From a virus, in IMG/VR virus record IMGVR_UViG_3300042402_003181: a stretch of DNA of 64,000 nt. One strand, 5' to 3'. The position numbers and the translations under genes are program-made. Shown piece after piece: positions 56,892 to 64,000 of this stretch. The notes beneath the pieces were generated by a model that saw only the letters and a list, made by a program, of their open reading frames with translations, searched no databases and was not told the origin of the DNA. Position 1 is the first letter of the stretch, and each line of letters opens with the position of its first letter.

Positions 56892-58292
56892 ATGGCACAA
56901 AACGTAGACTATGGTTATGATATACAAAAGTTATATTTAGAAATGATGATAAGTGATGCCGCTACATTTGTTAGATGCCAATCTATTTTTGATCATAGAT
57001 TATTTGATCGCAAATTACAAAAACCGGCAGACTTTATAAACAGCTATGTTGACGAACATAACGTAATGCCAACACTTGAAATTGTTAATGCTGCTACACA
57101 AGGTGACTTTAAACCTGTAGAAGGACTTAAAGAAGAACATTATGATTGGTTACTTAATGACTTTGAAACGTTTATTAGACACAAAGGTCTTGAACGTGCG
57201 ATTAATGAATCAGCTGACTTACTTGAAAAAGGCGAGTATGGTCCAGTTGAAGACAAAATTAAACAAGCAGTGCAAATTGGTTTGCAAAAAGACTTAGGTA
57301 CCGATTACTTTGCTAATCCACGTGAACGACTTATGAAGATTAAGGATAAGAATGGCCAAGTATCTACTGGTTGGAAGAACATGGATGACAAACTGTTTGG
57401 TGGTATGAACAGAGGTGAGCTTAATATATTTGCAGGTGGTTCAGGTGCAGGTAAAAGTTTATTCCTAGCTAACTTAGGTGTTAACTGGGCACTAGCAGGA
57501 CTTAATGTAGTTTACCTTACACTAGAGCTTAGTGAAGAACTTGTATCAATGCGTATTGATAGTATGATAACAGGTATTTCAACTAGAGAAGTATTTAAGA
57601 ACATTGAAGATGTAGAACTTAAAGTTAGAATGATTGGTAAGAAGTCCGGGTCATTACAAGTAAAATATATGCCATCAGGTAAGACTGCTAACGATATTAG
57701 ATCATACTTAAAAGAGTATGAAATTAAAACAGATAGAAAAGTTGACGTATTGCTAGTAGATTACTTAGACTTGTTAATGCCAATGAGTAAAAAGATTAGC
57801 CCGGCAGACTTATTCATTAAAGACAAATATGTATCAGAAGAACTTAGAAACTTAGCAGTAGAAAAACAATGTGTGTTTGTTACTGCGGCACAGCTTAATA
57901 GAGGTGCAGTAGAAGAAGTAGAATTTGACCATAGTCATATCTCAGGCGGGTTAAGTAAAATTCAAACTGCAGATAACGTGTTTGGTATCTTTACAAGTAG
58001 AGCAATGCGTGAGCGTGGTAGATATCAAATTCAGCTTATGAAAACACGTAGTAGTTCCGGCGTTGGCATGAAGATTGATTTAGAATATGACATCGATACA
58101 TTGCGCATTACAGACTTAGAAGAAGATCAAGGCTATGGTAATGCTAGTACATTATCAGCGGGTAGTTCACTTTTAAACTCTATTAAAAACAGAAATACAG
58201 TAGAAGCAGAAAGCAGTCCAAAAGTAACAGCAGGAATACAAAGCACTGCATTAAGAGACCTAATAAACAATTTAGACGTAGACGATTTTTAG
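56892..58292 (+). CDS. gp41: Replicative DnaB-family helicase, T4 gp41-like
   Basis: AGGSGAGKS Walker A, TLELSEE, LLVDYLDL, TAAQLNR, TADNVFGI, MKTR. Confidence 0.93.
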   Translation: MAQNVDYGYDIQKLYLEMMISDAATFVRCQSIFDHRLFDRKLQKPADFINSYVDEHNVMPTLEIVNAATQGDFKPVEGLKEEHYDWLLNDFETFIRHKGLERAINESADLLEKGEYGPVEDKIKQAVQIGLQKDLGTDYFANPRERLMKIKDKNGQVSTGWKNMDDKLFGGMNRGELNIFAGGSGAGKSLFLANLGVNWALAGLNVVYLTLELSEELVSMRIDSMITGISTREVFKNIEDVELKVRMIGKKSGSLQVKYMPSGKTANDIRSYLKEYEIKTDRKVDVLLVDYLDLLMPMSKKISPADLFIKDKYVSEELRNLAVEKQCVFVTAAQLNRGAVEEVEFDHSHISGGLSKIQTADNVFGIFTSRAMRERGRYQIQLMKTRSSSGVGMKIDLEYDIDTLRITDLEEDQGYGNASTLSAGSSLLNSIKNRNTVEAESSPKVTAGIQSTALRDLINNLDVDDF

Positions 58293-58300
58293 CATAAATA
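58293..58300 (+). promoter_or_regulatory. Late promoter variant CATAAATA
   Basis: Immediately after helicase stop, ahead of AAGGA RBS and ATG 58328. Confidence 0.55.
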
Positions 58301-58327
58301 CTAAAAATATATTTTAAAGGATTTACG

Positions 58328-61306
58328 ATGCGGTTACGCGAATTATACGAAACAATAAATCTGTTTGAAGCATACGATACTAAAGTTGCTAAACTACATA
58401 AAGAATTTGCTCAAATGCGAGCAGGCTTTCCAGAAAAGCCAGAAACACAATGGGGGCCTGCAGTACCTGCAATTCCGGGCGATCCAAGTGTACTTGATGA
58501 AACTCAATTAGCAGCATTAGTTGGTTTTGCCGAACAAGCATTTAAGTCGGGTGCAAAACCATCTGAACAAGCAATGCAATGGTACTTGTCATTACTTGAA
58601 ACTTATTATAAACAGAACGATCCTAAGTTTGCAGGTAAGTTTGCTGCAATGATTGGCCAGTATCAATTTACTGATTTTAATTCATTAAACAATGAACTAG
58701 CACATTTCTTTACATCAGAATATGCTGATTCACAGTATATGAAGGATTTAGTTAAAGCAATTAGACCAGCTACTACACAAATTGATAATCTTATTACTAA
58801 TGCAACTGCAGCTGAACAAAGAATACATGCAGAAAACGAAGCAGCTCGTAAATTAGCAGGTCGTCCGGATATTAAATTAATGGAAGGCGATCAAGTAATA
58901 TTACCAGTAGATAACAAATATGATTGGTGGTGGTTACCATATAGAACACACGAGTTTGAATCAGCAGCTATGGGACATTGTGGTAACTGTCAAACATCTG
59001 ATGGGAATATGTTAAGTCTTCGTACTAAAAAACCTATATGGCCTGAATTAACATTTGAATGGAATCCGCAAGATAAAATGTTATATCAAACAAAAGGCCC
59101 TCATAATTCAAAACCTGCTCATAGATATCGTCCGGCTATTTTAAAATTAATGCTTAGTGATTTAATAAGCGGCATTGGTAATGATTCATATCAACCAGCT
59201 AACGACTTTTCTATATTTGATTTTGAACCAGCAGATGTAAAAACAATTGCAGATCAAAAACCAAATTTGATTACTAGCCAAATAGAAAAGTATCCAATTG
59301 ACTTTTTAAGAGCTCCTGAATTTATTAGAGCTATTCCTGAATTTAGAGATATTGCAGTACAAAACGCACGCGGATTAGCGGCACTAGTTGACAATACTGG
59401 CAAAGTCAACACATCACTAGATGCATGGGAAGATGCAATCGAAGCTGACAGAAGTATTATTATTTACGCTCCAGAAGATCTTAAAGATTATGAAGACCGA
59501 ATTATTGATGCGTTAAAACGTGATTCATCATTGCTAGGATTTGCAAGTGCTAAGATTCGCGGTAATCACAAAATTATGTCTGAAGTAATTAGATGGAATC
59601 CTAACTCAATTGAACTAGTTCCTCTTAGAGCACCCGCATATGAAGAACTAGCACTACAAGCAGTTACAAAAAGAGGTGAGCTGTTAAAGGCTATTCCTGT
59701 AGAAAAAAGAACATATGAAATGTGTCTTACAGCTGCAAAAAATCGCCAGCTATGGGATGAAACTCCATTGAGAGAGTTTTACGAATTGTTTAATACACTA
59801 CCCTTTACTAAAGACCAACATAGTGAATTAGCTTCATTGGTATTACAATACGATACAGAAAATAAATTATTAGATTTACTACCGGCTGAAATTAGAACAT
59901 TCGTATCCACAATGGCTCGTCTTAAACTCAGTGAGCGTAACTATTATGGTGACGACCGCGCAGCACACGTAAAAGAACTAGTTGATTCAGTTACTCCTGG
60001 TTCAGTATCTGATGAAGAATATATGAAAATCTGTTTAAAGGCAGGTGAATTATCATTCCACCGCGCAGTACCAACAGAATTCCAAACATATGAATATTTT
60101 AAAAAATATATACTTACTATAGAACCAACTGCAAACCGTATTATTACACCGGTCTTTACTCCCGCTTTTAAACAATTACTACCTGAACAACGAGAAGAAT
60201 TAGTATCAATTGCTGTAAAGTTATGTCCTGAATCGTATTTTGAATTACCATACGAGTATAAACTTAACTTATCTAGAACACTGAAGCTGATACAAAAAAC
60301 TGATAGACCGTTAACTCATGGCATCGTTGCTGATATTACACTAGCGGCAATTGAACATGGTGTATCCGACGAAGACTATGATAAGTTAATTGCGTATTAC
60401 AAACACTCACTTAAAACTAGCAGTGGTTCAACAATAAACCTTTTGAATAACTATGCATTGACGCAAGCTAAAAAATATAATAACGATGATTGGTTTGACG
60501 TGTTAGCGTATGGCGCTAAACTTAACTTAACAGAATTTATAAATATGTTAACTCCTGATTTTGTTGATAATAACTTTGAATGGGTTGTTGATATTATATG
60601 TAAAGAATTTAGTCAGTCTAGATCAAATTTGCACTTTAGTACATTAACCAACCGATATCCTGAAATTGTTGTTGAATTATTCAAACGCCTACCAACTAGT
60701 GAGCTAGGTAAACTACAATACCCGCATTATATAGCTCAGATGTATGAACTTGATCCTCGCAAGTTTAAACGAGTATTAGAGATTATGGTAGATCGAGAAC
60801 CGCATTTAATTGCAGAAATACAAAATTTAGTACCGGACTATATTCCAGAAACAGAACAATCTTGGGTAGATAGATTGACCTATAAAGGATTTACTAATGG
60901 TGGAATTGCGGCATTAATATATAACTTCCCAATGGAGCTACTAACTCCTGAACTATTAAATACTGCAATCCTTGGTGCAAATAGAATGGATGCTAATATT
61001 GAAAGAAAAATAGAGGAGTTATACAAATACTATAAAGATAAACCGGAATACGACGCCGTACTAGAAAATATGTTAGATCTTGTACCTAACATCATTACAA
61101 TGTTATCTCCTCAAGAGATTGAGCTTTTTCATGTAAAACGCTTTATAACGTATTTAGAAAACAAAAAACACTCACCAGAAACTATACTGCTACAGCTTAG
61201 AAGAGAACCATTTCCGTCAGCTGCATACCTAAAACCAGACATTGCAGCATATCTAAACAAATATAAAGCAGAGAAAGCACCTAACCTTAGCTCAATCTCT
61301 TTTTAA
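58328..61306 (+). CDS. 992-aa protein with PcfJ-like domain and DUF4116-like helical repeats
   Basis: ESAAMGHC...LSLR...LTFEW...QTKGPHNSKP (PcfJ-like); LALQAVTKRGELLKAIP.EKRTYEMCL.A (DUF4116-like). Confidence 0.7.
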   Translation: MRLRELYETINLFEAYDTKVAKLHKEFAQMRAGFPEKPETQWGPAVPAIPGDPSVLDETQLAALVGFAEQAFKSGAKPSEQAMQWYLSLLETYYKQNDPKFAGKFAAMIGQYQFTDFNSLNNELAHFFTSEYADSQYMKDLVKAIRPATTQIDNLITNATAAEQRIHAENEAARKLAGRPDIKLMEGDQVILPVDNKYDWWWLPYRTHEFESAAMGHCGNCQTSDGNMLSLRTKKPIWPELTFEWNPQDKMLYQTKGPHNSKPAHRYRPAILKLMLSDLISGIGNDSYQPANDFSIFDFEPADVKTIADQKPNLITSQIEKYPIDFLRAPEFIRAIPEFRDIAVQNARGLAALVDNTGKVNTSLDAWEDAIEADRSIIIYAPEDLKDYEDRIIDALKRDSSLLGFASAKIRGNHKIMSEVIRWNPNSIELVPLRAPAYEELALQAVTKRGELLKAIPVEKRTYEMCLTAAKNRQLWDETPLREFYELFNTLPFTKDQHSELASLVLQYDTENKLLDLLPAEIRTFVSTMARLKLSERNYYGDDRAAHVKELVDSVTPGSVSDEEYMKICLKAGELSFHRAVPTEFQTYEYFKKYILTIEPTANRIITPVFTPAFKQLLPEQREELVSIAVKLCPESYFELPYEYKLNLSRTLKLIQKTDRPLTHGIVADITLAAIEHGVSDEDYDKLIAYYKHSLKTSSGSTINLLNNYALTQAKKYNNDDWFDVLAYGAKLNLTEFINMLTPDFVDNNFEWVVDIICKEFSQSRSNLHFSTLTNRYPEIVVELFKRLPTSELGKLQYPHYIAQMYELDPRKFKRVLEIMVDREPHLIAEIQNLVPDYIPETEQSWVDRLTYKGFTNGGIAALIYNFPMELLTPELLNTAILGANRMDANIERKIEELYKYYKDKPEYDAVLENMLDLVPNIITMLSPQEIELFHVKRFITYLENKKHSPETILLQLRREPFPSAAYLKPDIAAYLNKYKAEKAPNLSSISF

Positions 61307-61315
61307 GGAAAATTA

Positions 61316-64000
61316 ATGAAACTAAGAGAATTATACGAAACAATACAACTAGATGAAAACTATAATGGTAAGGTAAACAAACTTAAAAACTCACCGTTGT
61401 TTGCACAACACCCTGATCTACTACAAGACTTTGATGCACGCCTTGAATGGGCTAAACAAGTGTTCAGTGATAAGAATCAACCTATGCTTTGGTATATCAC
61501 ACTATACGAAGCTTGGCTGTTGCAAAAACAAGACCCTAATGCAAAAGCAAAATATGAAACGATGTTAGGCGGTTATCCACCGTTTGACTTTGCTGCATTT
61601 GAAGAAACATTAAATCACTGGCTGTCTAGTGCATACGCAGAAAGAAATCAGATTAAAGACGTAGTTAAAAAGATTAACGCCCAAACTACAACTGTTGATG
61701 CATTAATTAAAAACTTAGAAGCAGCTGAAGCAGTTATTAAAAAAGAAGATGAAGCTAAAGCTAAGAACGCAACTCCGATTGAAATACTCGAAGGCGACCA
61801 TATCATATTGCCGCTTGGTAATCAAGGAGATTGGTGGTTACTACCTACTAGTTCTCATAAGGCAGAATCTAAGATTATGGGACATTGCGGTACAGCAGGA
61901 AACAACAAAAACGTACTATTGAGCTTACGTGATAAAACTCCAATACCTTGGGTTACTATGGAATACAGTGCTGACAACAAAGAACTCCATCAAATGAAAG
62001 GAAGATCTAATTCTAAACCTGCAAATAAATTCCATCATGCAATACTTGTATTATTAAAAAGCGATTTAGTTGACGGAATGTTCACTGGTCAAACATACCA
62101 ACCAGCAAGTGACTTTTCTATATTTGATATGAACCCTGCAATGATAGAAGATATCGCCGCTACTAAACCAAATCTTATAATGACTCAAATTAAAAAGTAT
62201 CCAATTGACTTCTTAAGAGCACCTCAAACTCTACGTGCAAATCCCGACTATAGAAACTTTGCTATATCATGCTTACCGGGTATTGCTGTAATCTTAGACG
62301 AAGCTGGCGTTACTTCAACAGATAACGACACTTGGGAAGAAGCAATTAACCAAGATCCTGGTATGATTATCTATTCACCAACTACATTAAAAGATTGGGA
62401 AAACCGTGTTACTAAGTATTTGGTAAAAAATCATAGAAACTTAGGCTATTGCGGTAATCATATCCGTAGTAATTATAATATAATGAAAGAAGTAATTACA
62501 CACGGAGATGCAGCTGCAATTGAATTAGTACCATATAGAGCACCTCAGTATAAAGAACTAGCATTACTTGCTATTGGACAATCGCCAATATTGATTAAAT
62601 CAGTAAACACAGAAGGCTGGTCTAAAGAGGAAATGAGAAAAGCATGGATGAATGCAGCTCATAAATATTTAGATACAGAAGATTGGCCAAATGAGTTATT
62701 TACACCCGAAGACGACAAAGAAATTTGGCGTACACAGGTTAAAAATAATAGATATTCAATTTCAAAAATTCCACCTGGATTGTTTGATGAACAAGAATTA
62801 ATTGAGGTATGGAGTGATGCAACTAAAGCACATCCTTCGTTAATAAAGTCATCAGGGTTTATCAACTTAAATATCCCAGCAGAAACAAAAGATCAAATAA
62901 GAATTGCTGCAATATTTGAACACCCAGAATATATTGCTGACTGTAGACCTGACTTAATTGAAGATGAAAATGATAGAATTGAACTTTGGACTAAGGCATG
63001 TGATAGCTATCCTAACTTAATTACTGTACTTAAGAACGCAGCAATACCTGATGAAGTTAAAATAGAATTAACTGTTAAGACAGTACGTGATAATCCTACA
63101 TATATTACAAATATTGATCAACGCTTAATACCTGATGAAAACGAAAGAATTGAACTTTGGATTAAAGCATGCAAAGTTCAACCAAAATATAAAAATGATC
63201 CGAAATTTCCAACAGACGCATTTGATAGAAACCCTGCAAAACTAAAAGAATTATGGATTAGTATGTTCGAAACCAACTTACCTCATGATTGCCCTCGGTT
63301 GAATGAAATTCCAGAAGGACTATTTACTCTAGAAGAATTAACTACATTAGCACGTAAAGTAATTGATAAAGACCCAAGCCAACTAATGTACGCGCCGCCC
63401 TCTATGACAACTACTGAAGAAAAATTAACTACTATTAAAGATCTTATGAATAGTGACCCATGGAAGGTGATGAGCTCACCACATAATCCAACTCCGCCTG
63501 ATCTATATACTAGAGAACAAATTAAAGAAGTTTGGGATTATGCGCTTAGTAATGTTACTGACCCAGAATCAGATAGTAACGATGGATATATCGTAACGTC
63601 CGATTGGCTGCCATATCATATCGTTGATCAAGACTTGTTAAAGAGTACTATACAACACGGTGCAATAAACGACTATTTTGAGAACGATTCTATATTAGCT
63701 AGAATAAATTATAATTTGCTTGAACGACTATTTACTCCAGCAGAAATAAGAAAGTTACATAAAGATGTGATAGTAAATGCCGATTGCTATAATGAAGTCG
63801 GCGGACCGTTTGCTGCTATACCTTTAAAGTATAGAACTTATGAGTTATGTAGATTTGCACTTGATCATGACCCGTCTTATATAAACGTAGTAGTAGCATC
63901 AAAAGAAAACTTTACCGAACGTGAATTTGAAGAATTGCGGGCAATGTCTAATGACCCAATTGATGAAGAGTTCGTTAGAGATATACAACAACATACCGCA
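61316..64000 (+). CDS. Paralogue of 58328-61306 (PcfJ-like plus helical repeats), 3' end beyond window
   Basis: AAGGA RBS; ATG AAA CTA AGA GAA (MKLRELYETIQLDE); ESKIMGHC...LSLR...VTMEY...QMKGRSNSKP; reading frame appears open to the window end; absent from ORF track. Confidence 0.8.
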   Translation, partial: MKLRELYETIQLDENYNGKVNKLKNSPLFAQHPDLLQDFDARLEWAKQVFSDKNQPMLWYITLYEAWLLQKQDPNAKAKYETMLGGYPPFDFAAFEETLNHWLSSAYAERNQIKDVVKKINAQTTTVDALIKNLEAAEAVIKKEDEAKAKNATPIEILEGDHIILPLGNQGDWWLLPTSSHKAESKIMGHCGTAGNNKNVLLSLRDKTPIPWVTMEYSADNKELHQMKGRSNSKPANKFHHAILVLLKSDLVDGMFTGQTYQPASDFSIFDMNPAMIEDIAATKPNLIMTQIKKYPIDFLRAPQTLRANPDYRNFAISCLPGIAVILDEAGVTSTDNDTWEEAINQDPGMIIYSPTTLKDWENRVTKYLVKNHRNLGYCGNHIRSNYNIMKEVITHGDAAAIELVPYRAPQYKELALLAIGQSPILIKSVNTEGWSKEEMRKAWMNAAHKYLDTEDWPNELFTPEDDKEIWRTQVKNNRYSISKIPPGLFDEQELIEVWSDATKAHPSLIKSSGFINLNIPAETKDQIRIAAIFEHPEYIADCRPDLIEDENDRIELWTKACDSYPNLITVLKNAAIPDEVKIELTVKTVRDNPTYITNIDQRLIPDENERIELWIKACKVQPKYKNDPKFPTDAFDRNPAKLKELWISMFETNLPHDCPRLNEIPEGLFTLEELTTLARKVIDKDPSQLMYAPPSMTTTEEKLTTIKDLMNSDPWKVMSSPHNPTPPDLYTREQIKEVWDYALSNVTDPESDSNDGYIVTSDWLPYHIVDQDLLKSTIQHGAINDYFENDSILARINYNLLERLFTPAEIRKLHKDVIVNADCYNEVGGPFAAIPLKYRTYELCRFALDHDPSYINVVVASKENFTEREFEELRAMSNDPIDEEFVRDIQQHTA

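Noticed and set aside
2221-62865. Short antisense or alternate-frame ORFs in the ORF track (e.g. 4690-4905, 7121-7576, 9526-9798, 18489-18893, 41262-41582, 48932-49231, 62659-62865)
   Set aside because: They lie within long, motif-supported genes, lack RBS/promoter support and are expected shadows of low-complexity Gly/Thr/Ala-rich coding sequence.
1-64000. Alternative genetic code (stop-codon reassignment)
   Set aside because: Long genes are intact under the standard code and TAA, TAG and TGA all occur as genuine stops with coupled downstream starts.

Overview
64 kb, AT-rich segment of a large T4-like (jumbo-type) myophage genome, standard genetic code, densely coding. 1-25.7 kb: tail/baseplate/fibre region with very large modular virion proteins, three Cys-rich/Gly-rich fibre-like proteins with two assembly chaperones, and an inverted cassette (GT9-like glycosyltransferase, SGNH-like protein, carbamoyltransferase). 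25.7-41.2 kb: Nudix hydrolase, gp15/gp14/gp13 neck genes, dNMP kinase, enlarged tail sheath, tail tube, gp4, putative small terminase, and a large terminase broken by an atypically split intein with a free-standing GIY-YIG endonuclease between the halves. 41.2-45 kb: probable head-internal proteins. 45-58.3 kb: recombination/replication module (gp32, UvsX, UvsY, UvsW, 2OG-Fe(II) oxygenase, a 185-aa miniature DnaE-like polymerase core, primase, truncated carbamoyltransferase, gp41 helicase). 58.3-64 kb: two tandem PcfJ-like/DUF4116-repeat paralogues (the second runs off the window and is missing from the ORF track). T4-type late promoters (NATAAATA) and consensus sigma70 promoters are both visible. 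No tRNA, rRNA or CRISPR array was seen. All family assignments come from motif recognition by eye; no searches were run.
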